A stretch of DNA of 64,000 nucleotides from positions 81,988 through 145,987 of the forward strand of contig JAXDJV010000007.1 of assembly GCA_034667465.1 (NCBI GenBank), given 5' to 3'. The translations under genes were made by a program, and so were the position numbers. The notes under the pieces were generated by a model, which was not told the DNA's origin, did no database searches, and worked only from the letters and a program-made list of their open reading frames with translations. The DNA is from Acidobacteriota bacterium (lineage in GTDB: Bacteria > Acidobacteriota > Thermoanaerobaculia > Gp7-AA8). The stretch's first letter is position 1. Every line of letters starts with the position of its first letter. Below, one piece after another: positions 30,078 through 40,412 of this stretch.

Positions 30078-31473
30078 CGCGGTTGCAGCTTCCCTCCTTC
30101 TCGCACTTCTGACGACGCAAACGGCCGCGGCGAACACGACCCAGTTGCTGCTGACGCGCGATCGCGAGCAGGTTGACGCCGCCGAATACAAAGGACTCGT
30201 CGATCTCTCCGTCAATCCCGGCTTCGATGACGCCCGCGTCACGATCACGCTCGATGGCCAGAAACTCACCGACGCACTGCGCGCGCCGTATCGTCTGACT
30301 GTCGACTTCGGCCCGATCGCCGTCCAGCATCGAATCGTCGTCACCGCCTGGTCGCGCGAGAAGAAGCGCGTGCAGTGGAGCGAGACGATCAACCGCGGCC
30401 TGCTGCCGCTCAGCGTGAAACTGAAAGCGGTCGACGCCGCCGCCGGCATCTTCGAAGCGACCGTGACCGCGCCGCGCGAAGATCCGATCGTCGCGGTCGA
30501 GCTGTGGGATGAAGGAAAACTGAACGCGTCGGTCACCGAGCCGCCGTATCGCTTCACCGTTGCGTCTGCCGCCGGCAAGCCGGACGCGTTCGTTCAGGTC
30601 ACCGCGAAAACAAAATCGGGAGAAGAGGCTGCCGATTTCTGGTCGAGTGGCGGCGACGTGCACGTCGAGTCGGTCAATGTTCGCGAAGTGCCGCTCTTCG
30701 TCTCGGTGATCGATCGTGACGGCGTCACGCACGACGACGTCGACCGTTCGCTCTTCCGCATCATCGACAACGACTCCGAAGCGAAGATCGTCGAGTTCGG
30801 AAAAGCGTTCGATCAGCCGATCTCGATCGCGCTCCTGCTCGACGCCTCGGCCAGCATGACGTACACGATGCAGGCGGCGATCGCCGCCGCGCAGTCGTTC
30901 GTGCAGAAGACGCTGCGGCCGAACGATCGCTGCGCGCTCTTCGCCATCCGCGACGTTCCGCGCCGCGTGCAGGCTTTGACGAACGACCGCGTCGCGGTCG
31001 TGGCGGCGCTGAAGAACGTCCTGCCGATGGGCCGAACCTCCCTCTACGACGCCATCGAGAGCGCGATGCGCGAACTGAAGGATGAGAAGAATCGCCGGGC
31101 GATCGTGGTGCTGACCGACGGCGGCGACACGACGTCGAACGCGTCATTCGACGAGGTCGAGAAAGAGGCGAAGCAGGCCGGCATCCCGATCTACGTCATC
31201 GCGTACACGGTTGACGACGTGCCGATCGATACGCAGGACTTCGAACGGATGAAGTTCCTGACGAGCGAGACCGGCGGCTTCATCGCGCTCGCGTCGAACG
31301 AGCAGAACCTGCAGGCGCGCTACGGCGAGATCGAGAAGGATCTTCGCGCGCAGTTCGCGATCCGCTATCAGGTCACCGACTACGCGAAGCGCAACGAATG
31401 GCGCAAGGTGCGCGTCGTACTGGCCTCGCCAAAGCTGACCGCAAGAACAATTCGCGGATATTTCGCCCCGTAA
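30031..31473 (+). CDS. VWA-domain secreted protein
   Basis: LLLDASASM, TSLYDA, VVLTDG.D. Confidence 0.85.
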   Translation: MTSHRGPCSNRRRAADAVAASLLLALLTTQTAAANTTQLLLTRDREQVDAAEYKGLVDLSVNPGFDDARVTITLDGQKLTDALRAPYRLTVDFGPIAVQHRIVVTAWSREKKRVQWSETINRGLLPLSVKLKAVDAAAGIFEATVTAPREDPIVAVELWDEGKLNASVTEPPYRFTVASAAGKPDAFVQVTAKTKSGEEAADFWSSGGDVHVESVNVREVPLFVSVIDRDGVTHDDVDRSLFRIIDNDSEAKIVEFGKAFDQPISIALLLDASASMTYTMQAAIAAAQSFVQKTLRPNDRCALFAIRDVPRRVQALTNDRVAVVAALKNVLPMGRTSLYDAIESAMRELKDEKNRRAIVVLTDGGDTTSNASFDEVEKEAKQAGIPIYVIAYTVDDVPIDTQDFERMKFLTSETGGFIALASNEQNLQARYGEIEKDLRAQFAIRYQVTDYAKRNEWRKVRVVLASPKLTARTIRGYFAP

Positions 31474-31490
31474 TGTCACCGAAGGCGCGC

Positions 31491-31582
31491 GTCATCCCGA
31501 GCGTAGCGAGGGATCCGGGCGGGCGGGGCGCGCTACGGCAGCGAGTCCCACCACCCGGATCCTTCGCTCCGCTCAGGATGAC
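31491..31582. repeat. Palindromic element, copy 2
   Basis: GTCATCCCGAGCGTAGCGAGGGATC...GATCCTTCGCTCCGCTCAGGATGAC. Confidence 0.9.
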
Positions 31583-31608
31583 GGCGCGCACGCAATAGAA
31601 TCCGCGGC

Positions 31609-34600
31609 GTGGATCGTAACGAGCCCCTGACTGCCAGTCTCCGCGCCGAGCTTGCGCGCAGCCCTTCCTTCAAACGCGTCCGCTTCGAAGAATCGGGACG
31701 CGTCGAAGTCACCGGCGCATCGTTCGAAGCGCGCGCGCTGCTGCTGGCGACGCTCCAGGAACAGACCGGCAAACGGATCGCGATCATCACGCCGGGCGAC
31801 GCGGCGCTCGACGATTTCGAACAGGCGCTGCGGCACTTTCACCACGACCCGCGCTGCGTCTCCGCTTATCCGGCGCGCGCGCTTTCTCCGTACCAGGATG
31901 TCAGCCCGTCGCTCGGCGTTGTGCGCGACGAGATCCGCGCGCTCGGCATGCTCGTCGACCGCGCCGCCGAGATCCTGATCATCCCGGCGCGCGCACTTTT
32001 CGCGCGGCTGCCGAGCGCGCAGACGTTCGCGAGCCGCATCCTGCGGATCGAAGAAGGCTCGGAGCTCGACATGCGCGAGCTGCTCGTCGCGCTCGTCGAG
32101 AACGGCTTCGTCCGCACCGATCTCGTCGGCGAATCGGGAGAGTTCGCCTTTCGCGGCGGCATCCTCGATCTCTTCCCGCCCAACACCGCCCGCCCGGTCC
32201 GCGTCGAGCTGTTCGGCGACACGGTCGAGTCGTTGCGCTGGTTCGACGTCGAGACGCAGCGCTCCGACGATCCGTCGGGAGCGGTCACCGTTTATCCGAT
32301 GACGCAGTTCGCGATCACGAAGGAAGCGCGCAGCGCCATCGCCCGCCGCCTCTCGCTCGACTTCAACGATCCGATCTACAAACGCGATCTCGCCGAGAAG
32401 ATCGAGCGGCTGAGCGAGAACGGGACGTTTCCCGGCATCGAGCACTACGTGCCGGTCGCGCTCGAAACGGTTCCGCTCTTCGATTACATCAGCGACTGGG
32501 AGCTCGTCCTCATCGAGCCCGATCAGGTCACGACGACGATCGCGCGATATGAATCGCTGCTGCGCAACGAATTCGAAGCGGCATCGGAGAAAGGACGTCC
32601 CGTCTATTCGCCGGAGCGCGTCGTCACCGCCGGCCTCGACGTCTTCGCGAAGCTCGATGCGTCGCGCATTTCGATGAGCGAGGTCTACGTCGCGAAAGTC
32701 ATCCCGAGCGTCAGCGAGGGATCCGGGCGGGCGGGGCGCCCGACCGCTGCATCGAGTCCCGCCCACGCAGATCCCTCGCTAACGCTCGGGATGACGACCG
32801 AGCTGCGGCTGCACGCGCCGACCACCGATCGCTACACGAACCGCCTCAGCGAGTTCGCCGACGAAGTGAAGCGCCGCCGCTCCGACGGCAAACGTCAGGT
32901 GCTCTTCACGTCGACGAAAGGCGGCCAGGAAAAAGTCGAACGGCTGCTGAAAGAGTTCGACGTCGCGTTCGTCGACGATGCCAAAAAGCTCGGCGGCGAC
33001 ATCGTCATCGCGCCCGGCCATCTCGCGCGCGGCTTCACCTTCGATGAGCTGAATCTCATCGCCTGGTCCGAGTGGGATCTCTTCGAGCCGCCCACGTCCA
33101 CGCGCCTTGGCGGCAAAAAGAAAAAGACCGACGCATTCGTCACCGATCTCCGCGATCTGAAAGCGGGCGACTACATCGTCCATCTCGATCACGGCGTCGG
33201 CCGCTTCGTCGGCCTGCAGCGAATCTCATTCGGCGACAACGAGCGCGAAGTGATGGAGCTCGAGTACTCCAACGGCGGAAAGCTGCTGATGCCGATGGAG
33301 AATCTGAATCTCATTCAGAAGTACTCCGGCGGCGGCGAAGAATCGAAGCCGCAGCTCGACAAGCTCGGCGGCGCGACGTGGGCGCGCAAAAAAGCGTCCG
33401 TGAAGAAGGCCATGAAGGACATGGCCGACGAGCTGCTGAAGCTCTACGCCACGCGCCAGATGGTGCACGGCCATTCGTTCTCGAAGGATTCGCCGTGGCA
33501 GTTCGAGTTCGAAGACGCGTTCGAATTCGATGAGACCGAAGATCAGAACGCGGCCATCGATGACATCAAAGCAGATATGGAATCGCGCAAGCCGATGGAT
33601 CGCCTGCTGTGCGGCGACGTCGGCTACGGCAAAACGGAAGTGGCGATGCGCGCGGCCTTCAAGTCGGTGATGGACGGCAAGCAGGTCGCCGTGCTCGCAC
33701 CGACCACCGTCCTCGCCTACCAGCACTACCGCACCTTCCTCCGCCGCTTCGCGTCGTTCCCGGTGACGATCGATCTGCTCACGCGCTACTACTCGGCGAA
33801 GGAACAGAAAGCGATCAAAGACAAGCTCGCCACCGGCGAGATCGACGTCATCGTCGGCACGCATCGCGTTCTGTCGAAAGACATCGACTTCAAAGACATC
33901 GGCCTGCTGATCATCGACGAAGAGCAGCGCTTCGGCGTCGCGCAAAAAGAAAAGCTAAAGCAGCTGAAGAAAGCGATCGACGTCCTGGCGATGTCGGCGA
34001 CGCCGATTCCGCGCACGCTGCATATGTCGCTCGTCGGCATTCGCGACATCTCGGTGATCGAGACGCCGCCGAAAGATCGACTGGCCATTCAGACCGCGGT
34101 CGTGCCGTTCAACGACGAGTTCATCCGCGAAGCGATCGAGTTCGAGATCGGCCGCGGCGGACAGGTCTTCTTCGTCCACAACCGCGTCGAGTCGATCTAT
34201 CAGATTAAAGAGTATCTGGAGAAACTGATCCCCGGACTCCGCTGCATCGTCGGCCACGGACAGATGGACGAGCGCGAGCTCGAGCGCGCCATGCTCGCCT
34301 TCATCAATCGCGAGTTCGACGTGCTGATCGCCACGACCATCATCGAGAACGGCATCGACATCCCGGCCTGCAACACGATCCTCATCAATCACGCAGAGCG
34401 TTTCGGTCTCTCGCAGCTCTACCAGCTGCGCGGCCGTGTCGGTCGCAGCGATCGTCTGGCGTTCTGCTACCTGCTCGTGCCGAGCGATCGCGTCCTCACC
34501 GGCGACGCGCGCAAACGTCTCGCCGCCATTCAGGAGTTCTCCGACCTCGGCGCCGGCTTCCGAATTGCCGCACGCGATCTCGAGATTCGCGGCGCCGGCA

Positions 34601-35145
34601 ATCTCCTCGGCGGCGAACAGTCCGGCGAGATCGCCGCCGTCGGCTTCGAGATGTACACGCGCCTGCTCGACGAAGCGATTCGCGAGATGAAGGGCGAGCG
34701 CGTCGAGGAAGAGGTCGAGACCTCGATGAACCTCGGCGTCGACATCTACATCCCCAAGAACTACATCACTGACGAAAACCTGCGCATGACCTTCTACAAG
34801 AAGATCGCCTCCGCGCAGACCGATCAGCGACTGGAAGACATCCGCAACGAGCTCCGCGACCGTTTCGGCGCGCTCCCGCCGAACATCGAGAACCTGCTCC
34901 ACTTCGTGAAAGTGAAACGGATGGCGCAACAGCTCGGCGTCATCTCGATCGTGCGCGAAGGCGCGCGCGGCGTCGTGAAACTGACGCCCGCCGCGAAAGT
35001 CGATCCAACCAAACTCCTCGGACTGATCGAGCAGAACAACCAGGTGAAGTTCTCACCGAACGGCGTGCTCTCGTTCCCGCTGAAGGAACACGGACCAGCG
35101 GTGATCGACGCGATCGAGGAGTTGTTGAAGACGATTGCAGCCTGA
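31609..35145 (+). CDS. mfd: Transcription-repair coupling factor
   Basis: RGGILD, GDYIVH..HGVG, CGDVGYGKT, DEEQRFG, QLRGRVGR, TRCF domain. Confidence 0.97.
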   Translation: MDRNEPLTASLRAELARSPSFKRVRFEESGRVEVTGASFEARALLLATLQEQTGKRIAIITPGDAALDDFEQALRHFHHDPRCVSAYPARALSPYQDVSPSLGVVRDEIRALGMLVDRAAEILIIPARALFARLPSAQTFASRILRIEEGSELDMRELLVALVENGFVRTDLVGESGEFAFRGGILDLFPPNTARPVRVELFGDTVESLRWFDVETQRSDDPSGAVTVYPMTQFAITKEARSAIARRLSLDFNDPIYKRDLAEKIERLSENGTFPGIEHYVPVALETVPLFDYISDWELVLIEPDQVTTTIARYESLLRNEFEAASEKGRPVYSPERVVTAGLDVFAKLDASRISMSEVYVAKVIPSVSEGSGRAGRPTAASSPAHADPSLTLGMTTELRLHAPTTDRYTNRLSEFADEVKRRRSDGKRQVLFTSTKGGQEKVERLLKEFDVAFVDDAKKLGGDIVIAPGHLARGFTFDELNLIAWSEWDLFEPPTSTRLGGKKKKTDAFVTDLRDLKAGDYIVHLDHGVGRFVGLQRISFGDNEREVMELEYSNGGKLLMPMENLNLIQKYSGGGEESKPQLDKLGGATWARKKASVKKAMKDMADELLKLYATRQMVHGHSFSKDSPWQFEFEDAFEFDETEDQNAAIDDIKADMESRKPMDRLLCGDVGYGKTEVAMRAAFKSVMDGKQVAVLAPTTVLAYQHYRTFLRRFASFPVTIDLLTRYYSAKEQKAIKDKLATGEIDVIVGTHRVLSKDIDFKDIGLLIIDEEQRFGVAQKEKLKQLKKAIDVLAMSATPIPRTLHMSLVGIRDISVIETPPKDRLAIQTAVVPFNDEFIREAIEFEIGRGGQVFFVHNRVESIYQIKEYLEKLIPGLRCIVGHGQMDERELERAMLAFINREFDVLIATTIIENGIDIPACNTILINHAERFGLSQLYQLRGRVGRSDRLAFCYLLVPSDRVLTGDARKRLAAIQEFSDLGAGFRIAARDLEIRGAGNLLGGEQSGEIAAVGFEMYTRLLDEAIREMKGERVEEEVETSMNLGVDIYIPKNYITDENLRMTFYKKIASAQTDQRLEDIRNELRDRFGALPPNIENLLHFVKVKRMAQQLGVISIVREGARGVVKLTPAAKVDPTKLLGLIEQNNQVKFSPNGVLSFPLKEHGPAVIDAIEELLKTIAA
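32698..32795. repeat. Palindromic element, copy 3, in frame inside mfd
   Basis: GTCATCCCGAGCGTCAGCGAGGGATC...GATCCCTCGCTAACGCTCGGGATGAC. Confidence 0.9.
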
Positions 35146-35153
35146 CGCCCCAT

Positions 35154-35240
35154 GTCATCCCGAGCGTAGCGAGGGATCCGGGTGGGCGGCGTACGGCAGC
35201 GCGCGCCACCGCCCGGGTCCCTCGCTACGCTCGGGATGAC
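35154..35240. repeat. Palindromic element, copy 4
   Basis: GTCATCCCGAGCGTAGCGAGGGATC...GTCCCTCGCTACGCTCGGGATGAC. Confidence 0.9.
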
Positions 35241-36755
35241 CTAATGGATGTAGCCCAATGACCGCAATCGCTTCTCCGCCTCGGAGCTCGTTTGCTCGCG
35301 TTCGTCCGGCGTCGTCTGTACCTTCTTCGGCACGACCGCCGTCACGCGGTATACCGGCGTTCGATCGCCGAGCTCCGCGATGAGCGAGCGGCCGATGTTC
35401 GTCGGAAGTGTCAGCCGCGTAATCGCCTGCCAGTCGACGCCGACGATGTCGTAGATCGTCGGCGCAATCGCAGCAACCGTCACCGGAGTCTTCACCTTCT
35501 TCGGCGTGTAGCCGAACGAATGCGGAAAGACGACCAGCAGCGGAACGTGAAGTGTCGATTCGCGTTCGCCAAGATTGCCGAATGAGTGCGACATCAGGTG
35601 ATCCTCGCCGAGCGCTTCACCGTGATCGGCGGTAATGATCACAACCGTCGTATCGAGGACACCGCGATCCTTGAGCACCTTGAAAACACCCTCGAGGAAG
35701 TGGTCGAGGTCGCGTACGTCGTACCTGTAACGATTGCGATAGATCGCGATCTCATCGGCGTTCAGATCGAACGTCGTGCTCCAGATGCGGCCCCAGGTCT
35801 TCTTCAGCGTGTCGGTGACGACCTCGCGCCGCTCGGGATCGGCGATCTTCGACGGATCCTGTAACTCGGGATTCCAGATCCCTTTCCGGTTGCGGAGATC
35901 GGATTCAAAACCGGTGTGATTCCAGCGACGCTCTTCCTTCGCGGGGTTGTACGAACGCGGATCGGGCAGGTAGGGATCGTGCGCGTCGATGACATTGAGG
36001 AACGCGAAGAACGGACGCTTTCCCGGCTTCACTTCGCGATCGAACTTCTCGAGAACGTTTTCCCACGGAGTGGAAACCATGACGCGATTGAAATCGTCTT
36101 TCGCCGCGCCGTAATGATCGAGCAACGCGTCGGCCTTTTTGAGCGCCGCGTCCTTCGCGGCCCCGTCGAGCGCGGCGAACTCGTCGTAGAGACACGAATA
36201 CTGATCGAACGCGTTCAGGTAGATGTTCGTCTTCAGCGAAAGATTGCCATTCGCGGCGATGCCGAACGTGCGATAGCCGAGCTTCCCGAGCTGCCAGGGA
36301 ACCGACGTCTCTTTCGTGTCGAGCGGAGCCGCGCCCCATCCGCCGTAGAAGCCGGTCATCATCGAGAAATGCGCGGGCGGCGTCGAGTCGAACGTCGTGT
36401 ACGCGTTCTCGAACGTCGTTCCTTCCTTCGCGAGTTTCGCGAGGAACGGCATCGGATTCGAGCCGCCGAGCGGTGTGGCGTCGGCGCGCACCGTGTCGAG
36501 TGTGATGAGAACGATGTTCGGCCGCGATGGCGGAACGAGCTCGGTCCGGACGACGGTCGGCGACGCGGGAGCCGGAGTTTCCTTCAGCGCGACCAGCTCC
36601 GCCTGCGCGCGACGCGAGAGCGGCGGCGCGGACTGCACGGCCGGGACGACGGTTTCTCGTCCGCAGGAGAAGACAATTAGCGGGAGGGCGGCGGTAATGA
36701 GGGAACGGCGAACTACATTGGAAAACGTCACTTGAATCTGAACTCCCCTTCGCAC
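35241..36755 (-). CDS. Sulfatase-like hydrolase/transferase (lipoprotein)
   Basis: NIVLITLDTVRAD, STPPAHFSMMTG, DAHDPY, TADHGE, C-terminal RLRSLGY; start uncertain. Confidence 0.85.
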   Translation of the reverse strand: MRRGVQIQVTFSNVVRRSLITAALPLIVFSCGRETVVPAVQSAPPLSRRAQAELVALKETPAPASPTVVRTELVPPSRPNIVLITLDTVRADATPLGGSNPMPFLAKLAKEGTTFENAYTTFDSTPPAHFSMMTGFYGGWGAAPLDTKETSVPWQLGKLGYRTFGIAANGNLSLKTNIYLNAFDQYSCLYDEFAALDGAAKDAALKKADALLDHYGAAKDDFNRVMVSTPWENVLEKFDREVKPGKRPFFAFLNVIDAHDPYLPDPRSYNPAKEERRWNHTGFESDLRNRKGIWNPELQDPSKIADPERREVVTDTLKKTWGRIWSTTFDLNADEIAIYRNRYRYDVRDLDHFLEGVFKVLKDRGVLDTTVVIITADHGEALGEDHLMSHSFGNLGERESTLHVPLLVVFPHSFGYTPKKVKTPVTVAAIAPTIYDIVGVDWQAITRLTLPTNIGRSLIAELGDRTPVYRVTAVVPKKVQTTPDEREQTSSEAEKRLRSLGYIH

Positions 36756-36914
36756 CCGTACGACGATGTGACGAACGAACCGTCTGACCCGTTTACGCCC
36801 GAAAGCAGGAGAACGCTTAACGCGTCAGCGCCGATCATCCGCCGCGAAGCCGTTCGCCGACGCTGCGCGCCTCACGCACCGGCTCGCAGCCGGTATACTT
36901 GCCGCAGCCGCTGC

Positions 36915-37808
36915 ATGCGCTTCCGCCTCCTCCTCGCACTCCTCGTCCTCGTCGTCGTCGCTGCCTGTCACCGCAAGCCTGCGATTCCGCCCGACGTCGT
37001 CGTTCGCCTCGGCGAACGGATGATCACGCTCGCCGATCTGAAACGTTACCTGGAACGCAACGCCGGAACCGAGCTCGCACAGCTGACACCTGAAGTTGCA
37101 AGCGCGCTCCTCGACCAGTACGTCGAAGAGGTCGTGCTCTCGGAATACGCGGCCACGCACGGCGTCGAAGTCCCCGCCGACAAAATCGCGACCGCGGTTC
37201 GAAACGACGCCGGCGCGACCGTCGTCGAGAAACGCGACGAGATGCGCCGGGAGAAACTCGTCACCGACATGTCGACCGACGTCCCGCAGCCGACCGACGA
37301 CGACATCCGCTCTTACTACGAGCAGCATCCGGACGAATTCAAATCGCCGGAAGAAGTGCGCGTCCGGCAGATCCTCGTGCACGACGAAGAGCTCGCAAAC
37401 GACATCGCGAAAAAACTGAAAGCCGGCGAGCCCTTCGAAAAACTCTCCAGCGAACATTCCGTCGCCGCAAACGCAAAGAAAGGCGGCGAGATCGGTTATC
37501 TCAGCCGCGGCGAGCTGCCGAAGATGTTCGAGGAAGAGATCTTCGCGCTCAAGCCGGGCGCGGTCAGCAACGTCATCCGCACCGACGGCGGCTTCCACAT
37601 CTTCAAGGTCGACGAGCGCCGCGCCGCCGGGACGATCGACCTCCAGACCGCCGAGCCGGTCATCCGCGAACGGCTGAAAGAAGAGTCGGTCCGCCAGAAA
37701 ATGTCGCAGCTCGTGGCGAAGAGCCGCGGCGAGATGCAGATCGCCGTCCTCACCAAACGGCTGCCGTTCCGCTATTCGGGGACGCTGCCGAAGTCCGACA
37801 ACGAATAA
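36915..37808 (+). CDS. PpiC-type peptidyl-prolyl isomerase (lipoprotein)
   Basis: VAAC lipobox, RQILV, GGEIGY, GFHIFKV. Confidence 0.88.
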   Translation: MRFRLLLALLVLVVVAACHRKPAIPPDVVVRLGERMITLADLKRYLERNAGTELAQLTPEVASALLDQYVEEVVLSEYAATHGVEVPADKIATAVRNDAGATVVEKRDEMRREKLVTDMSTDVPQPTDDDIRSYYEQHPDEFKSPEEVRVRQILVHDEELANDIAKKLKAGEPFEKLSSEHSVAANAKKGGEIGYLSRGELPKMFEEEIFALKPGAVSNVIRTDGGFHIFKVDERRAAGTIDLQTAEPVIRERLKEESVRQKMSQLVAKSRGEMQIAVLTKRLPFRYSGTLPKSDNE

Positions 37809-37859
37809 AGTCCGGCGGAACTTGTTGAGGTTCCGGTACGTCAGAACGAGCACGCAATT

Positions 37860-38837
37860 ATGAAAAAACTATTCATCCTCACGATCCTCAGCCTCTCGGC
37901 AGCGTCGCTTTCCGCGGCTCAGCTCGTCGAGGCGATCGTCGTCCGCGTCGGCGACCGCATCATTACCCGCAGCCAGTACGACAAGCGTCTGCGCGACGGC
38001 ATGACCGAGATCGAACAGACCGTCGCGCCCGCGCAGCAGGCCGCGAAGCGCGAAGAACTGCGCAAGTCTCTCCTGAACGATCTGATTAGCGAGCTGCTCA
38101 TCAAAGACCGCGCTGACCGACTCGGCATCTCGGTTTCGCCCGACGAAATCAAAGACGGCATCGTTCGCCTCAAGCAGCAGTACAACATCAGCACCGACGC
38201 GGCGTTCGAAGACTCGCTGAAGAAGTCCGGCATGACGCGCGCCGATATGGAAGCGCGCCTCCGCGACACGCTCCTGACGAACAAAGTCTTCGGCCGCGAG
38301 CTCCGCAACCGCGACGAGATGACCGACAAAGAGCTCCGCGAGCGCTACGACCGCGAGAAAGAGCGTTACCGTCTTCCCGAGCGCGCACGCCTCCGCGAGA
38401 TCATCGTGATCCGTCCCGATGATCTGTCGGCCGTCGAGAAAGCACGTCAGCGCGCCGACGAGATCGCGAGCCAGGTCCGCGCCACCGGCGCCGACTTCGC
38501 GAAGATCGCCACCACGACCTCTGAAGTTTCGACCAAAGACAAAGGCGGAGACCTCGGCGAAGTCGCACGCGGCGAGCTCCTCCCCGATCTCGACAAAGCC
38601 GTCTTCAGCAGCACAAGCGGCGCCGTGCTCGGCCCGATCGCGACGAAGTCCGGCTGGCACATCCTGAAAGTTGAACAGCGTCTCCCGTCCGAGCTCCCGG
38701 CGTTCGAGTCGGTCAAAGACCGACTCAAACACGACGCCAGCGAAGAGACGTTCCAGCGCGATTACAAGGCGTACATCGATCGCCTGCGCGCCGAAGCATT
38801 CATCCAGATCAACGAGCAGAACGTTCCGACGAGCTGA
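37860..38837 (+). CDS. SurA-like peptidyl-prolyl isomerase
   Basis: SurA N-terminal region (EAIVVRVGDRIIT), GGDLG, GWHILKV. Confidence 0.88.
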   Translation: MKKLFILTILSLSAASLSAAQLVEAIVVRVGDRIITRSQYDKRLRDGMTEIEQTVAPAQQAAKREELRKSLLNDLISELLIKDRADRLGISVSPDEIKDGIVRLKQQYNISTDAAFEDSLKKSGMTRADMEARLRDTLLTNKVFGRELRNRDEMTDKELRERYDREKERYRLPERARLREIIVIRPDDLSAVEKARQRADEIASQVRATGADFAKIATTTSEVSTKDKGGDLGEVARGELLPDLDKAVFSSTSGAVLGPIATKSGWHILKVEQRLPSELPAFESVKDRLKHDASEETFQRDYKAYIDRLRAEAFIQINEQNVPTS

Positions 38838-39019
38838 ATCGGGCAAGTCGGCCGGCAGAATCGGTGGCGGGGCGAAGGCTCTGCCACCTGCGCAGCCGGC
38901 CGTGCCGGTCTACTCTTCGTAGCGCGATTGGCCGGTTTTCCCTCCCTCGGAATCGCTCTGCACCTCCCAACCAGTAGAGTTTGTCGCTCCTCGAAACTGC
39001 CGGACGTAACCTCGTCGGC

Positions 39020-39745
39020 ATGAGCACGCTCACCGAAGCAATCGAAGCAATCCGCCGCAACCGACCGCGCCGTGTCGTCGTCTTCACCGGCGCCGGCGTC
39101 TCCGCCGAAAGCGGCATCCCGACATTTCGCGGCGCCGGCGGTTTGTGGCGCGACTTCCGCGCGGAAGACCTCGCGACACCCGACGCATTCGCGCGCGATC
39201 CGCTGCTCGTCTGGCAGTGGTACGAGTGGCGCCGCACGCTGATCCGCGACGCGCAGCCGAACGCCGCGCATGGCGCCGTCGCGCGTCTGCCCGATGCCGT
39301 CGTCATCACGCAGAACGTCGATGGACTGCACACACGCGGCGGCGCAGGCGACGTGATCGAGTTGCACGGCAGCATCGTTCGTGTTCGATGCGTGCGATGC
39401 GGCCGCGAACGGGAAGCGCCCGACGCGTTCGAGTCGCTGCCGCCACGCTGCGAATGCGGCGCGATGCTCCGACCGGGCGTCGTCTGGTTCGGCGAGATGC
39501 TGCCGCCGTATGCGCTCGAGCGCGCCGCGGAAGAGATTCGCAATGCCGATCTGCTGCTCGTCATCGGCACGTCCGGCGTCGTCCAGCCGGCCGCCGGTCT
39601 CGTCTCGCTGCATCGCGGTCTGTCGATCGAGATCAATCCCGAAGCGAGCGCACTCAGCTCCGCCTGCACGCTCGCGATTCCGGCGACCGCGGCCGAAGCG
39701 ACGCCGCCGATCGTCGATGCAATTCTGGAGGTGAGCAATGCGTGA
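39020..39745 (+). CDS. cobB: NAD-dependent deacylase (sirtuin)
   Basis: GAGVSAESGIPTFRG, TQNVDGLH, HG, GTS. Confidence 0.93.
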   Translation: MSTLTEAIEAIRRNRPRRVVVFTGAGVSAESGIPTFRGAGGLWRDFRAEDLATPDAFARDPLLVWQWYEWRRTLIRDAQPNAAHGAVARLPDAVVITQNVDGLHTRGGAGDVIELHGSIVRVRCVRCGREREAPDAFESLPPRCECGAMLRPGVVWFGEMLPPYALERAAEEIRNADLLLVIGTSGVVQPAAGLVSLHRGLSIEINPEASALSSACTLAIPATAAEATPPIVDAILEVSNA

Positions 39746-40412
39746 GCTGATCTGCGATCTGCCGGTCGACGAACGTCCGCGCGAACGGCTGCTCCGTCAC
39801 GGCGCCGACACGCTCTCCGATGCGGAGCTCATCGCCATCCTCCTCGGCTCCGGCGTTCCGGGACGCAACGCCATCCAGGTCGCGCGCGAGCTCGTCGCCG
39901 GCGACTTCCACGGACTCGCCACGCGTGAACCGACACAGCTCGCGTCGGTCAGCGGCGTCGGCGACGCGAAGGCCGCACGCGTCGTGGCCGCGTTCGAAGT
40001 CGCGCGCCGCTTCGCGAACCCGCGGCGCGAACCGGAACAGCCGGTCGTCAGCATCATGGCTTTCGGCAGCCAGCTCGTCACCCGCTGCGCGCACTACCGT
40101 CAGGAACGGCTCGGCGCCGCGTTTCTCGACTCACGCGGACGGCTCATTCGCGAGCGCGAGATCTTCGTCGGCAGCATCACCAGCTGCGTCGTTTCCAAAC
40201 GCGAAGTGATCACGATGGCGATCGAAGAACGAGCGGTGAAAGTGATCGTCTTTCACAACCATCCGAGCGGCGACTCGCGCCCGTCCGCCGAAGACATTCA
40301 GTTCACGAAACATCTCAACAGCGCATTCGACGCCATCGAGGTCGAGCTCGTCGATCACCTCGTCATCGGCCGCAACGGATTCGAATCGATGTTCGAGAAA
40401 CGGATGTACTGA
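39738..40412 (+). CDS. radC: RadC family JAB-domain protein
   Basis: RPRERL...LSDAELIAIL, HNHPSG, DHLVIG. Confidence 0.93.
   Translation: MRELICDLPVDERPRERLLRHGADTLSDAELIAILLGSGVPGRNAIQVARELVAGDFHGLATREPTQLASVSGVGDAKAARVVAAFEVARRFANPRREPEQPVVSIMAFGSQLVTRCAHYRQERLGAAFLDSRGRLIREREIFVGSITSCVVSKREVITMAIEERAVKVIVFHNHPSGDSRPSAEDIQFTKHLNSAFDAIEVELVDHLVIGRNGFESMFEKRMY

Noticed and set aside
24435-35240. Palindromic repeats as a possible CRISPR array
   Set aside because: Copies are kilobases apart with no spacer organisation and no cas genes
36825-38846. Long antisense ORFs (342 and 325 aa) opposite the PPIase genes, and similar ones opposite mfd and slt
   Set aside because: Shadow ORFs caused by high-GC codon bias; the sense frames carry clear family motifs
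39020-40412. Sirtuin plus JAB domain as a defence system (Thoeris/CBASS-like)
   Set aside because: Both look like canonical CobB and full-length RadC in a housekeeping region
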